Shown: positions 27,199 through 37,797, counted from the stretch's first letter. The stretch: 64,000 bases of DNA from Candidatus Fermentibacteraceae bacterium (GCA_016744855.1 JADGDO010000004.1:99006-163005), one strand, 5' to 3'. Notes: generated from the letters alone by a model not told the origin. Made by a program: numbers and translations.

Positions 27199-27802
27199 TT
27201 TGGCAGTTATACTATCGCTATTCTCCGGTCTTCCTGGTGGTCTTGGAGTTGATGTCGGAGCATCAATATCCAGCTTTGCGCCTGTAGAGACAGAGTACGA
27301 CCAGAGATTTCGCACTCCCGGTTTTTCTTATGGAATTGTTGCATCACTAGATGCACCCGGTCCACTGGTAATACACCTCGGAGGCGAGTATTTCAGTAAG
27401 AAAGCTGCTTCCGGGTGGGATGGCGAAGTTTCATCCATGCTTTTCTGGGCATTTCCATGTGCTCAGCTAAATGTTCTCGATGGATTCAGCGTTTTCGGTG
27501 GACCCGGAATTGTTGGTGTAAATGGAAGCTATTCAGGTACTGATGATTTCGGAAGCTTCGTAGAAGCAGATGGATCAAGCGTAGGTTTTGCAGCTTCAGC
27601 GGGAGCCGATTTAACTTTGTGGGGTCCAATTTTTGCAAGACTTGAGTTCAGGCATGGATGGATGGATATGAAAAGCGATCGCGTGATTAAGGATGGTGCG
27701 GAGACCGTCGTCTATCCTGCTGTCGATACTGACCTTGGTTATTCTCAGTACATATTCTCACTAAATGTGCACTTGTCTGCCGTTGACGGCGAAGGTATGT
27801 GA
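27191..27802 (+). CDS. Outer-membrane beta-barrel domain protein (hypothetical)
   Basis: Signal peptide, alternating hydrophobic beta-strand pattern, aromatic C-terminal region. Confidence 0.4.
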   Translation: MLSLAVILSLFSGLPGGLGVDVGASISSFAPVETEYDQRFRTPGFSYGIVASLDAPGPLVIHLGGEYFSKKAASGWDGEVSSMLFWAFPCAQLNVLDGFSVFGGPGIVGVNGSYSGTDDFGSFVEADGSSVGFAASAGADLTLWGPIFARLEFRHGWMDMKSDRVIKDGAETVVYPAVDTDLGYSQYIFSLNVHLSAVDGEGM

Positions 27803-27826
27803 AAATAGAATTGTGAACTTCGCGGA

Positions 27827-27902
27827 GCCGACGTGGCTCAGTTGGTAGAGCAGCGCACTCGTAATGCGCAGGTCATCGGTTCGACTCCGATCGTCGGCTC
27901 CA
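27827..27902 (+). tRNA. tRNA-Thr (anticodon CGU)
   Basis: Hand-folded cloverleaf: acceptor GCCGACG/CGTCGGC; D-arm GCTC-AGTTGGTA-GAGC; anticodon stem GCGCA/TGCGC with loop CTCGTAA (anticodon CGT); T-arm ATCGG-TTCGACT-CCGAT; encoded CCA. Confidence 0.85.
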
Positions 27903-27930
27903 GCGCTCCGCTCCCGAAAGGGGATATTTA

Positions 27931-29274
27931 ATGGATAAGCCTATAATCAGTGGTTCCGGTATACGCGGTATATTTGGCAAAAGCTTCACCGTTCAGGATG
28001 CCTGCAGTTTTGCGGCCGCTTTCGGTGAGCTGGTTGGACCGGGCAGAGTGGTTGTGGGACGAGATACCCGTAAAAGTGGCCCAGCTGTTGAGGCTGCCGT
28101 ATGTGCTGGTTTACTCGGTGTGGGTTGTACTCCTGTTCTTCTTGGTATTGTAACAACACCTACTGTACAACTTGAAGCAATTAACGATGGTGTTTGCGGG
28201 GGCATTGCTGTCACCAGCAGTCACAACCCTGGTGAATGGAATGCTCTCAAACTGATCGGCCCTGATGGTGTTTTCCTCAGAGCTGAAGCAAGGGCAGAAC
28301 TTACTAAACTTCTTACTGCTGAGAGAAAATGGATCACTTACCGAAACTGTACTGAGACTGAGAAACTTGAGGGAAGCACATTCAGACATGTTAATCTTGT
28401 CGCTAAGATGCCTCTTGTTCAAAAAAACGGAAGAAAACTGAGAGTTGTACTTGATGTTACAGGAGCAACGGCGGCTCTTCTTGGACCTGCAATGATGGAT
28501 GCAATAAATGTTGAGTGGGAAATGATCTTTCCTGAAATGACTCCTGAGGGCGATTTTCCAAGAATCGCAGAACCCAACAGAGAAAGCCTTTCCGTCCTTG
28601 CCGAAGAGGTTGTGAGGAGAGGGGCTGACGTCGGTTTCGGTTTTGATCCTGACGGCGACAGGCTTGCTCTTGTTGATAACAAGGGACGACTTATTGGAGA
28701 AGAGTATACTCTTGCTTTTGCGCTGGATCACGTATTGGGACACAATCCCGGTCCTTCAGTCGTAAATCTTTCAACTTCAAGACTGTCGGAAGACGCAGCA
28801 GAAAAACATGGCTGCACTGTTTTCAGAAGCCCTGTAGGTGAAGTGAATGTTATCGAGGAAATGGAGAGAAAAGGGGCTGATATCGGTGGTGAGGGAAACG
28901 GCGGTGTAATCCACAGAGATTGTCACCTTGGACGTGACAGTGCTGTCGCTATGGCATACGTTGTTTCTTACTTAAGGGAACACCCTGATATGACAGTTTC
29001 TGATTGGGCTGACAGTTTTCCTGTTTACATTAATGTGAAGAAAAAAGTGAACTTTACCGGCGATTTCGGTGTCTTCGCAGAGGAGCTGGAGAAACAGCTT
29101 GGTACACCTGATGATACCTGCGACGGTCTCTGGTGGCGGAGGAATGGTGGTTGGGTTCATATAAGACCATCCGGCACTGAACCTGTAGTAAGATTTATTG
29201 CGGAGAACAGTGAAACTGAAATCCTGGACAATGATTATGCTCTGTTCAGAAAGGCACTTATATGTGTGGAATAG
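27931..29274 (+). CDS. Phosphoglucosamine mutase / phosphomannomutase family (archaeal-type GlmM-like)
   Basis: Active-site Ser motif GIAVTSSHNPGEWN; four-domain phosphohexomutase length (447 aa); immediately upstream of and overlapping glmS. Confidence 0.75.
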   Translation: MDKPIISGSGIRGIFGKSFTVQDACSFAAAFGELVGPGRVVVGRDTRKSGPAVEAAVCAGLLGVGCTPVLLGIVTTPTVQLEAINDGVCGGIAVTSSHNPGEWNALKLIGPDGVFLRAEARAELTKLLTAERKWITYRNCTETEKLEGSTFRHVNLVAKMPLVQKNGRKLRVVLDVTGATAALLGPAMMDAINVEWEMIFPEMTPEGDFPRIAEPNRESLSVLAEEVVRRGADVGFGFDPDGDRLALVDNKGRLIGEEYTLAFALDHVLGHNPGPSVVNLSTSRLSEDAAEKHGCTVFRSPVGEVNVIEEMERKGADIGGEGNGGVIHRDCHLGRDSAVAMAYVVSYLREHPDMTVSDWADSFPVYINVKKKVNFTGDFGVFAEELEKQLGTPDDTCDGLWWRRNGGWVHIRPSGTEPVVRFIAENSETEILDNDYALFRKALICVE

Positions 29275-31097
29275 TTGGATATGTCGGTAATGGTAAGGCT
29301 CTCGATGTACTGCTTGGGGGCTTGAAGAGACTCGAATACAGAGGTTACGATTCTGCAGGTTATTCCCTGCAGGCAGATGATTCTCTGGTTGTTCGCAAGT
29401 GTATTGGTCGCGTTGCAGAACTCGAAGAATTGGACGCTGGCACAGCAGCTGAAGCAACCACTGGAATTGCCCATACCAGATGGGCCACACACGGCGAGCC
29501 GACTACTGTAAACGCCCATCCTCACAGCGATTTCTCCGGAAGAATTTCTCTTGTTCACAATGGTATTATTGAGAATTACAAATCCCTGAGCAAAAAGCTC
29601 ATCGCGCATGGCATTATTCTTGAATCAGAAACCGACACTGAAGTACTGGCTAAGCTTGTAGGCTATGAGGCCAGCAAGGGTAAGGACCTGTTTAATGCAG
29701 TTAAAGATGCCCTTGTCCAGGTAAGAGGTACCTACGGAATTGCAGTGGTCAGCGCTGACCAACCATCTACTCTTGTGGCAGCGAGGTACGGTAGTCCTCT
29801 TCTTGTTGGTATTGGTGAGGGAGAGAATATTGTTGCCAGCGATGTCGCTGCTATTGTTGCACACACTAGAAATGTTATTTACCTTGAAGAAGGTGAGATT
29901 GTAGAAATAACCAGCGGAGCAATCTCTTCCAACTCCCTGAACCCTCAAATGACCCGTGATCGCATTCAGCACGTTGACTGGGACCTTGCAGAAATTGAGA
30001 AAGATGGATTTCCCCACTACATGCTTAAGGAAATAAATTCCCAGCCTGAATCACTTCGAAATGCTTTCAGGGGAAGAATAGATCTCGTAAATGGAACTGC
30101 TCGTCTTGGCGGTCTCAACATGACTGAAGGTGATATGCGGGGAGTAAAACGAATTGTTATTACTGCCTGCGGTACATCATGGCACTCCGGCCTCATCGGC
30201 AAATACATAATAGAAAAGCTTTCACGTATTCCTGTTGATGTTGAATACGCCAGTGAATTCAGATACAGAGACCCTGTTCTTGAAGATGGAACAGTTATGC
30301 TCGTTATAAGTCAGAGCGGAGAAACCGCTGATACTCTTGCAGCACTGCGACTTGCTAAAGAACGCGGAGTTAGAACTCTCGGCATAGTCAATGTGGTGGG
30401 TTCAACAATAGCAAGAGAAACGGACAGCGGTGTTTACATTCATGCTGGTCCAGAGATAGGGGTTGCATCGACAAAAGCATTTACAGGGCAGACGATGATT
30501 CTCTCACTCATTGCTCTTGCATTGGGACGAGCAAAAGGTAACCTGACAAGAGAAGACGGAATAGAGTTTTGCCGTGCTTTAATGGAGGTTCCCGAGAAGG
30601 TAGAGACCATTCTTCAAGGCTGCGATTCAATCAGGGAAATCGCCAAGCAGTTTACCTATGCTGGGAATTTCCTTTATCTCGGTCGTGGAGTTAACTATCC
30701 TGTAGCACTGGAAGGTGCCTTAAAACTGAAGGAAATTAGTTACATCCATGCAGAAGGGTATCCGGCTGCTGAGATGAAACACGGACCAATTGCTTTGATT
30801 GATGACATGATGCCTGTGGCGGTAATTGCTGTTCAGGATGCGGCTTACGAGAAAGTAATGTCAAATATCCATGAGGTAAAAGCTCGCAAGGGAAGAGTGC
30901 TTGCAATTGCTACAGAGGGTGACGAAGTAATTAGAACTGTTGCTGAATGGGTTCTGGAAATTCCTCCAGTAACAGACATTCTGGTACCACTTCTCTCTGT
31001 AATTCCCCTTCAGCTACTCTCGTATTACGTTGCCGTTTTCAGAGGATGCGATGTTGACAAGCCAAGGAACCTTGCGAAAAGTGTCACGGTTGAATAG
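29262..31097 (+). CDS. glmS: Glutamine--fructose-6-phosphate aminotransferase
   Basis: N-terminal MCGIVGYVG (Ntn Cys), two SIS domains, C-terminal ...DKPRNLAKSVTVE; 611 aa. Confidence 0.9.
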   Translation: MCGIVGYVGNGKALDVLLGGLKRLEYRGYDSAGYSLQADDSLVVRKCIGRVAELEELDAGTAAEATTGIAHTRWATHGEPTTVNAHPHSDFSGRISLVHNGIIENYKSLSKKLIAHGIILESETDTEVLAKLVGYEASKGKDLFNAVKDALVQVRGTYGIAVVSADQPSTLVAARYGSPLLVGIGEGENIVASDVAAIVAHTRNVIYLEEGEIVEITSGAISSNSLNPQMTRDRIQHVDWDLAEIEKDGFPHYMLKEINSQPESLRNAFRGRIDLVNGTARLGGLNMTEGDMRGVKRIVITACGTSWHSGLIGKYIIEKLSRIPVDVEYASEFRYRDPVLEDGTVMLVISQSGETADTLAALRLAKERGVRTLGIVNVVGSTIARETDSGVYIHAGPEIGVASTKAFTGQTMILSLIALALGRAKGNLTREDGIEFCRALMEVPEKVETILQGCDSIREIAKQFTYAGNFLYLGRGVNYPVALEGALKLKEISYIHAEGYPAAEMKHGPIALIDDMMPVAVIAVQDAAYEKVMSNIHEVKARKGRVLAIATEGDEVIRTVAEWVLEIPPVTDILVPLLSVIPLQLLSYYVAVFRGCDVDKPRNLAKSVTVE

Positions 31098-31133
31098 TGA
31101 CAGTAATGTAAGCATGTTTCTCAGAGGAAGTTT

Positions 31134-32051
31134 ATGCCATTGAAATCGATTTCTTTGCGTAAATTGTTTCCATGGAAGAAGTTTGTTCTTATACTCAGAA
31201 TTTCGGTAAGGACAGCTGGAAATTTTTCCAAGCAATTGTATCAGGGATGGGGAAAAGATAATGTCTTTTTTGGAGCGGCGGCCATTGCATTTAATGTATT
31301 GGTTACCCTGATACCACTTATTGTGCTGATCTTTCAATTCAGTGCTTTTGCTGTTATGGGTGACTTGTCTATCAGAGTTGAATTTATGAACTGGCTCACG
31401 GGCTTGAATCCCTTTGTACCAGAGGGCATTATTGCTGACTTGGAAACGGCTGTTCTGGGTGGTAGCTCAACTATCAGTATTATTGGTTCTGTAACTCTCC
31501 TCTGGATGGTCAGCAGGCTTTTCGGAACCATTCGTACCGCTCTGGATAAGGTTTTCGAAGCACCGGGCAGGCATTTAGTCTGGGGAAAACTCTATGATTT
31601 TATGTTGGCAACTTTGGTAGCACTCTGTTTTCTTCTAGCCGCTGTTTTCACAATAGCAGCAAAGTTTGCAGTTGGATCACCTGCAGGTGAATTTCTAACT
31701 GCAATGCCGGGAATAGGTCCTGCCCTCAGTGGATTCCTGGCTCGTATTCTCAGTCTTACGTTCACGTTTCTGATATTCTTTCTGCTTTATTGGGCTGCTC
31801 CAAACAAGCAAATGTCGAAGAAAGTGGCAGCCTTGATTGCGCTTCTTGCGATGGGTGCAACAACCGTTGGAACAGAAATCTACATGACAGCAGTAAGCGC
31901 TCCCGACTGGGGAATCGTCTACGGATCATTTATCAGCATTATGGCCACACTCATATGGCTGTATTGGCTCTGCGTGATCTTTATCGGTTCTGCCGAAGTG
32001 GGATCGGTTGTTCAGCGAATGAGAGTTAAAGAAGAACCCTCACTACACTGA
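31134..32051 (+). CDS. YihY/BrkB family membrane protein
   Basis: GAAAIAFNVLVTLIPLIVL and multi-TM topology typical of YihY (RNase BN-like misnomer family). Confidence 0.65.
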   Translation: MPLKSISLRKLFPWKKFVLILRISVRTAGNFSKQLYQGWGKDNVFFGAAAIAFNVLVTLIPLIVLIFQFSAFAVMGDLSIRVEFMNWLTGLNPFVPEGIIADLETAVLGGSSTISIIGSVTLLWMVSRLFGTIRTALDKVFEAPGRHLVWGKLYDFMLATLVALCFLLAAVFTIAAKFAVGSPAGEFLTAMPGIGPALSGFLARILSLTFTFLIFFLLYWAAPNKQMSKKVAALIALLAMGATTVGTEIYMTAVSAPDWGIVYGSFISIMATLIWLYWLCVIFIGSAEVGSVVQRMRVKEEPSLH

Positions 32052-33032
32052 GAACTTTATCTCAAGAATATCACCGTCCTGCACAATGTATTCCTTACCC
32101 TGAAGACCGATTGAACCAGATTTGCGAAGCTCTACTTCACTTGGTGTTTCTTTGTAAAGGGCAAATGGAATCACCTGAGCACGTATGAATCCTCTTGCAA
32201 GATCGGAGTGGATCGTACCGGCAGCTTCCAGAGCTGTGCTTCCACGTTTGATCGGCCAGGCTCTTACCTCGTCTTTACCCATTGTGAGAAAACTGATCAG
32301 GTCGAGCAGGGTATGTGCTGCTGAAAGAACCCTTGCTTTACCAGACGATGAAAAACCCATAGACTCAAGAAATTCATCTCTGTCTTCCTCAGGAAATTCA
32401 CACAATTCCAGTTCAAACCCGCTGTCTATTCCAAGAAATGCTCCACCATGTTTTTTTACGAGTGCACTAATTGCAGTTTCGTCACTGATCCCTTCACCTG
32501 ATCTGTTTGAGATTACAAGAAGCGGCTTAAGGGATGCCAGCGTGAATGGAGAAAGTATATCGAGCTCCTGACCTGTAAGCTCCATTAAACGAAGAGGTAT
32601 TTCATTCTCAATGGATTGCATAGCTCTTACAAGAAGCATAGCCTCTGCCTGTTTTGCCTTACTCTCTTTGGTAAGACGAGCAACTCTCTTTTCCATTATT
32701 GATAAATCAGAAATCATTAGCTCTGATTCATTCTGAAGGAAAGTTTCTTCCAGATTACCCAGAGCATAATTATCCAGCACGTAAGCTACTGCTGTGGATT
32801 CCTTTATTCTACCCATGTTTCGTGGATTGAAAGCAGGGGAGGGGACATCGAAAAATGTAACGGTTGCGTTAACAATACTCTTTGGATTCCAGTGATCGGT
32901 TAGAAAGTCAATTCTTTCATCTGGAACTTGCACCGTTAGAGGTTTTGAAGTATCTGCGTCCGGAGAACCGGCAAGTGCTTTGTATAAGGTGGATCGCCCG
33001 GAACCTGATTGCCCGGCAAGTGCTATTTTCAT
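32043..33032 (-). CDS. YchF-like GTPase/ATPase paralog with non-canonical P-loop
   Basis: C-terminal TGS-like region EVRAWPIKRGSTALEAAGTIHSDLARGFIRAQV...GKEYIVQDGDILEIKF matches YchF; the N-terminal Walker A reads GQSGSGRST (Lys replaced by Arg). Confidence 0.6.
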   Translation of the reverse strand: MKIALAGQSGSGRSTLYKALAGSPDADTSKPLTVQVPDERIDFLTDHWNPKSIVNATVTFFDVPSPAFNPRNMGRIKESTAVAYVLDNYALGNLEETFLQNESELMISDLSIMEKRVARLTKESKAKQAEAMLLVRAMQSIENEIPLRLMELTGQELDILSPFTLASLKPLLVISNRSGEGISDETAISALVKKHGGAFLGIDSGFELELCEFPEEDRDEFLESMGFSSSGKARVLSAAHTLLDLISFLTMGKDEVRAWPIKRGSTALEAAGTIHSDLARGFIRAQVIPFALYKETPSEVELRKSGSIGLQGKEYIVQDGDILEIKFSV

Positions 33033-33101
33033 TGTCAGCCCCCTGGTTTAGTTATATCTGTTTTCCCAGGGGGCTAATCTACAAAACTTCCCCGTTCAAT
33101 C

Positions 33102-33503
33102 CTATTCTGTAAATATGCGAACAATGTCGCCATCAGCACTGTCAACATTAACTTCTAGCTCTCTCAGAGCTTCAAGCAACTCATCTGTGGGCAAATCTCT
33201 TAGTTTGGAAAGGTCAATTCCCTGATCCTTAACTGCATCTAAAGCATCAACCGGCATCAAGGCTGATAGTTTGATTCCCGTTTTTATAAGGCTCATTGGA
33301 ACCTTAACATTGACCTTGTCTCCGTCTGCACTGTCCACCACTACCCGCAGATACTTCGGAATACCACTTACCACAGGTCTATCGACAGGGGCTTCAGTTA
33401 CATTCTCTGAAGCGGTTACCTTTTCGAGAAGAGAGGAGGCTTCATCGGCTGTGATCTTGCCTTCTGCGAGCATCTCGAGGATCTTCATTCTTGAATCACT
33501 CAT
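33102..33503 (-). CDS. SHOCT-like / YvlB (DUF4097) family protein
   Basis: N-terminus MSDSRMKILEMLAEGKITADEASSLLEKV is the SHOCT/YvlB helix-pair motif, followed by a beta-rich repeat region; start chosen at an internal Met of the longer ORF. Confidence 0.5.
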   Translation of the reverse strand: MSDSRMKILEMLAEGKITADEASSLLEKVTASENVTEAPVDRPVVSGIPKYLRVVVDSADGDKVNVKVPMSLIKTGIKLSALMPVDALDAVKDQGIDLSKLRDLPTDELLEALRELEVNVDSADGDIVRIFTE

Positions 33504-33514
33504 TTTGATCTCCT

Positions 33515-33763
33515 TTACACAAATGACAGAAATACACTGTCGCCCTTTTTGCTGTTTACGTCGACTTTCAAACCGTGAAGCCCTACCATAACCCACCAGG
33601 CCAGGTGAGCATTTCTCAGGATATTCCCACATTCTTTCCTTGCGAAGAAAGGGCTTATGAGCATCGCAATTGGAACGAACGGTAGAAGTAGTATCCAGAA
33701 GAGAACCCATGGGATAGGAATTATCACCTTCTGAATTTTAATTAGAAGAAGGAAAGCTGGCAT
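33515..33763 (-). CDS. Small membrane protein (hypothetical)
   Basis: Two predicted TM helices (FLLLIKIQKVIIPIPWVLFWILLLPFVPIAMLI); sandwiched between the DUF2089 and SHOCT-like genes. Confidence 0.35.
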   Translation of the reverse strand: MPAFLLLIKIQKVIIPIPWVLFWILLLPFVPIAMLISPFFARKECGNILRNAHLAWWVMVGLHGLKVDVNSKKGDSVFLSFV

Positions 33764-33764
33764 G

Positions 33765-34112
33765 TCAGAGCACCTCCAATGCCTCAGAGACAGAGATCTC
33801 ACCTTTTTCGAGTTTTCTAATTGTTGTATCCTGGGGTGGATTAATTTCCATTCCCCGGTTTAACTTCTCAACAAGCTTTTCCAGCCTGCCTCGTGCTGTC
33901 GGGTAGCTTACACCCAGTGCATCCTGCAGCTTCTTGATAGAACCGAAGCTTCTTATGAATGCAATTGCCAGAGCCTGATCGTTGTAATCAAGACCAGCGA
34001 GAGCATCCATTTCGAAATTACCATTAATAGAAATGTCACAAGTTTTGCAGTGGAGCTTAACCGGTGTCATAGGGTTCTTGCAGGAAGGGCATCTAACATC
34101 ACCAATATTCAT
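33765..34112 (-). CDS. DUF2089 family zinc-ribbon / HTH protein
   Basis: MNIGDVRCPSCKNPM...HCKTCDISI zinc ribbon followed by a helix-turn-helix-like region ...LQDALGVSYPTARGRLEKL. Confidence 0.55.
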   Translation of the reverse strand: MNIGDVRCPSCKNPMTPVKLHCKTCDISINGNFEMDALAGLDYNDQALAIAFIRSFGSIKKLQDALGVSYPTARGRLEKLVEKLNRGMEINPPQDTTIRKLEKGEISVSEALEVL

Positions 34113-34286
34113 CTGTAACCTCCATTTCTCTAAAGCAAATATAAGCATTATTTAAAAATGTCAAGGTTGGACTTGATAAAGTTACAAACTATAGAATCAT
34201 GTAGAAATCAGACATTGACTCGGGAAGAAGAATGTAGCTAATTACAGTGGTGTTTCCTTTAATCGGAAAAAACAGGGGGGGATGTT

Positions 34287-35549
34287 ATGGATATTGTTTC
34301 TGTTATTCTCGGTGGCGGCAGAGGGACAAGGCTTTTTCCATTAACCCTTCACAGGAGTAAACCAGCCGTGCCAATCGGTGGAAAATACAGACTCATTGAT
34401 ATTCCTGTATCCAATTGTGTTAATAATGGGATCAAGAAAATTCTAGTTCTGACCCAGTATAACAGTGAGAGTCTTAACAGACACGTAGGTCAGACTTACA
34501 GGTTTGACAGGTTCTCAGATGGATTTGTTTCCATTCTCGCTGCGGAACAGACACCAGAGAACACCAATTGGTTTCAGGGAACAGCCGACGCGGTAAGGCA
34601 GGGGCTTGTCCACATTCTATCCCAGTACCCCGAGATGGTTTTGATTCTTTCTGGAGATCAGCTATATCGGATGGATTTTTCACATTTTGTGGAAGAATTC
34701 CGCAGATCAGGGGCTGACATCAGCATTGCTACCAAACCGGTAACTACAGAAGAAGCACCGGGGCTTGGTATAATGCAGGTGAACACTGCTGGCGAAATCA
34801 AGGGATTCGTTGAGAAGCCATCACTCGATGAGCTATCAAATCTTACCAGTGACCAGAAGGGTGTATCAGAGGAAAGACCTTTCCTGGGCAGCATGGGTAT
34901 CTACCTATTCAAGCCTGAAGTTCTCAAACGGATACTCCTCGACGAGGACAGAGATAAAACGGATTTCGGGAAAGAAATTATTCCTGATGCAATTGAACGC
35001 TACAAAGTGACATCATACCTGTTTGATGGCTACTGGTCAGATATCGGAACCATCAGTAGTTTCTTCAAGGCCAATATTGAAATGGCAATGCCAGACCCTG
35101 AATTCGATATGTACTCGACTTTTACTCCTCTGTACACACGAGCGAGAGCACTCCCCGGTGCAAGAATCAAAGACACAAAACTGAATAACACTATTATTTG
35201 CGGTGCGTCAGATATAGCCGGGGCAGAGATAGAAAATTCCATAATCGGGATTCGCAGTTACATTGGCTCCGGAACCTCAATCCAGAACACAATTAACATG
35301 GGAACTGACTATTGGAGAGGCCATTCAAAAGACGCAGGTGCAGTCAACGGCAGTCACCCAGCTTTGGGTATAGGTAGAAATTGCGTTATAAGAAACACAA
35401 TACTTGACAAGAATGTAAGGTTGGGGAACGACGTTAGACTGGTTAATGAAGCAGGACTGGAATTCTATGATGGCGATAACATCTACATAAGAGATGGCAT
35501 TATTGTGGTCCCCAAAGGGGTTACAGTTCCTGATGGGACTGTAATATAA
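34287..35549 (+). CDS. glgC: Glucose-1-phosphate adenylyltransferase
   Basis: [14 protein letters not shown]...[17 protein letters not shown]-terminal nucleotidyltransferase motif plus C-terminal left-handed beta-helix; 420 aa. Confidence 0.85.
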   Translation: MDIVSVILGGGRGTRLFPLTLHRSKPAVPIGGKYRLIDIPVSNCVNNGIKKILVLTQYNSESLNRHVGQTYRFDRFSDGFVSILAAEQTPENTNWFQGTADAVRQGLVHILSQYPEMVLILSGDQLYRMDFSHFVEEFRRSGADISIATKPVTTEEAPGLGIMQVNTAGEIKGFVEKPSLDELSNLTSDQKGVSEERPFLGSMGIYLFKPEVLKRILLDEDRDKTDFGKEIIPDAIERYKVTSYLFDGYWSDIGTISSFFKANIEMAMPDPEFDMYSTFTPLYTRARALPGARIKDTKLNNTIICGASDIAGAEIENSIIGIRSYIGSGTSIQNTINMGTDYWRGHSKDAGAVNGSHPALGIGRNCVIRNTILDKNVRLGNDVRLVNEAGLEFYDGDNIYIRDGIIVVPKGVTVPDGTVI

Positions 35550-35550
35550 G

Positions 35551-35856
35551 CTATCTGGAGATGGCTTCCAGCAGTCTTCTGGTGAACTCTTTTTCGTCTG
35601 GTATTTCATCAAAATCTAATGAAACAGCAGACATTGCATCTATGTAAGCTCTTATTACAGAAGCTTTTGTGATCCTCTGCTGCTTGTTATTCTTAGATCT
35701 ATTGGTTGAAATGGTTCTTACAATGCGAGTTAGAACTTCTTCCTGCTCGGGTCTAACCGGAACAGTGAGTCGTACTGTTGCTGCAGACTGCTCTTCAATG
35801 TCTGCTATACTGCTGACCAGGCCGTTGCTTCTTCCCAATACTGCCATTTTGTACAC
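35551..35856 (-). CDS. Hypothetical small protein
   Basis: 101-aa ORF with no recognisable motif; coding status uncertain. Confidence 0.25.
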   Translation of the reverse strand: MYKMAVLGRSNGLVSSIADIEEQSAATVRLTVPVRPEQEEVLTRIVRTISTNRSKNNKQQRITKASVIRAYIDAMSAVSLDFDEIPDEKEFTRRLLEAISR

Positions 35857-36063
35857 CTCCAGTAAACCAAAGATACATGTTTCAGGAGCTGTGTCAATAG
35901 AATTATGAAATTCATCAGTTATGAAGTTGGGGTATTGACGATGGGAGCACTTGTTGCTAGTGTAATACCACAGTGAGGTAACAAGTCCCGTTATTTTACG
36001 GGATTAGCGGATTCCGGAGGTGAATATGATGAGTATTCGGAGTCGATTGCAGGGAGGGGAGAC

Positions 36064-37797
36064 ATGCTGATCTTTGGAGGGTCAGGAAAGTCATCTGTTG
36101 GCCTGGATATTGGTAGCCATTCGGTAAAAGTTGTAGAACTCGTTCGATCCGGTAAAGGATTGAAACTGAGTAAATATGCAGTTGTCGAATTGCCTCCAGA
36201 TACAGTTGTCGACGGAGAGGTGATCAACAGAGATCACCTGGTGGAATCCATTAAGGATGCCTTGACTAAATCTGGTATCAAGACGAAAACGGTAAACTCG
36301 GCAGTTTCCGGTAGAAGCGTTATTGTTCGCAGAATTCCAATGGAAAAAATGACGGAGGCTCAGGCTCGCCAGGCTATACATTGGGAAGCCGAGCAGCACA
36401 TTCCTTTCCGGGTAGATGAAGTGAGTATCGATTTCAAGATACTCAATGAAGAATTGTCACCGGGTCAGATGGAAGTTCTGCTGGTTGCTGCGAAGAAAGA
36501 AATCATCAATCTTCATCGAAGCGTTGTTCAGGGCGCCGGTATCAAATCTTCATCGGTTGATCTTGAACAGTTCGCACTGCTCCGTGCATACGAGAACTCT
36601 TATCATCCATCGGATGACGAGTGTGTTACAATTCTTAATGTTGGATCTGACAACACTAACCTTGTAATTACAAAAGGTGGAGTACCAAGCTTCAACCGTG
36701 ATATTGCAATGGGTGGAGGACGATTTATAGAGGCTATACTTCGCTCTCTTGGTGTAGACTATCCAACAGCAGAGGCCATTCTCAGAGGCCACCTCCCGGA
36801 AGGTGTTTCAGAGAGTGACGTTAAGAATGCTGTAAGCAGTGTTCTTGAAGAACTGTCTACGAGCGTTAGAAGATCTTTCATCAGTTTCCAAGCTTCCGGT
36901 GAGAGCAGTCGAATTGATAAAATGCTTATCAGTGGTGGATGTTCTCTTATGGCCGGTCTCGCTGAAACACTCAGCGATCACCACGGACTACCTGTTGAAG
37001 CCTTTGACGTTCTTGGTAACATTCAGCTTGAAGGAGAAATCCAGACTGATGAAACTGCAAGGCGTTCTGTTGAGGCAGTTATTGCAGTTGCAGTTGGACT
37101 TGCTCTTAAAGCGATGGAGCCAGGCAGCCTTGATATCGATATTCTTCCAGTGGAGGAGAAAACCAGAAAAGCCAGAAAAACAAACACCGGAAGTTCTCCG
37201 CTGTTGAGCATTCTGAGCTGGGCTCCGCTGGGTCTTATTGTAATAGGTGTGATCATTCTCTTTATCCATTACAGTGGATTGACAGGAACCCGAGATCAGC
37301 TTGACAATGAGATATCGCAGAAAAACAGCGAGATTGCAAGTATGCAGCAGCAGGTTTCCCGGCAGCAGGAGCTCGATGCCCTGGAAGCTCAGTTGGAAGA
37401 GCGCAGAACCGCTGTGAATGCATTGTCTCTCAGACAGAAGAGTACCGTTTATGTGCTTGAATATCTTGTTCGGGCATTGTATCCTGTACAGGCTGAGTTT
37501 GCTGAAGAAGCAGGCAAAACCATCTACCTGACAGAACTTTCACTTAATGAAAGCAATCTCCACATTTCCGGCATTGCCAGGACATGGGGAGATATTGTTG
37601 CCTTCCAGACCAGACTTGAGGAAACGATGCCTGACGGCGAAACTCCTCTTTTCCTTCTGGAAGATTTTGGACAAAATTATAACGTGGCACCTGTTATTGA
37701 CGCCGCAGGCGGCGAGACAAGGTATCAATTCAGTACTGACATTGGCGTAAATCAGATGTCACTTGAGCCACTAGTTGGCGATTACGCCGGAATCTGA
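36064..37797 (+). CDS. pilM: Type IV pilus assembly protein PilM fused to a PilN-like membrane/coiled-coil region
   Basis: N-terminus VGLDIGSHSVKVVEL is the actin-like PilM fold; a TM helix at about residue 385 and coiled-coil/periplasmic region follow, as in PilN. Confidence 0.7.
   Translation: MLIFGGSGKSSVGLDIGSHSVKVVELVRSGKGLKLSKYAVVELPPDTVVDGEVINRDHLVESIKDALTKSGIKTKTVNSAVSGRSVIVRRIPMEKMTEAQARQAIHWEAEQHIPFRVDEVSIDFKILNEELSPGQMEVLLVAAKKEIINLHRSVVQGAGIKSSSVDLEQFALLRAYENSYHPSDDECVTILNVGSDNTNLVITKGGVPSFNRDIAMGGGRFIEAILRSLGVDYPTAEAILRGHLPEGVSESDVKNAVSSVLEELSTSVRRSFISFQASGESSRIDKMLISGGCSLMAGLAETLSDHHGLPVEAFDVLGNIQLEGEIQTDETARRSVEAVIAVAVGLALKAMEPGSLDIDILPVEEKTRKARKTNTGSSPLLSILSWAPLGLIVIGVIILFIHYSGLTGTRDQLDNEISQKNSEIASMQQQVSRQQELDALEAQLEERRTAVNALSLRQKSTVYVLEYLVRALYPVQAEFAEEAGKTIYLTELSLNESNLHISGIARTWGDIVAFQTRLEETMPDGETPLFLLEDFGQNYNVAPVIDAAGGETRYQFSTDIGVNQMSLEPLVGDYAGI

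Noticed and set aside
27827-27902. tRNA-Thr as a possible integration site for a genomic island
   Set aside because: No integrase, direct repeat of the tRNA 3' end, or compositional shift was seen nearby; downstream genes are housekeeping (glmM-like, glmS).
28111-28743. 210-aa and 87-aa antisense ORFs inside the phosphohexomutase gene
   Set aside because: Opposite-strand shadow ORFs of a strongly supported CDS.
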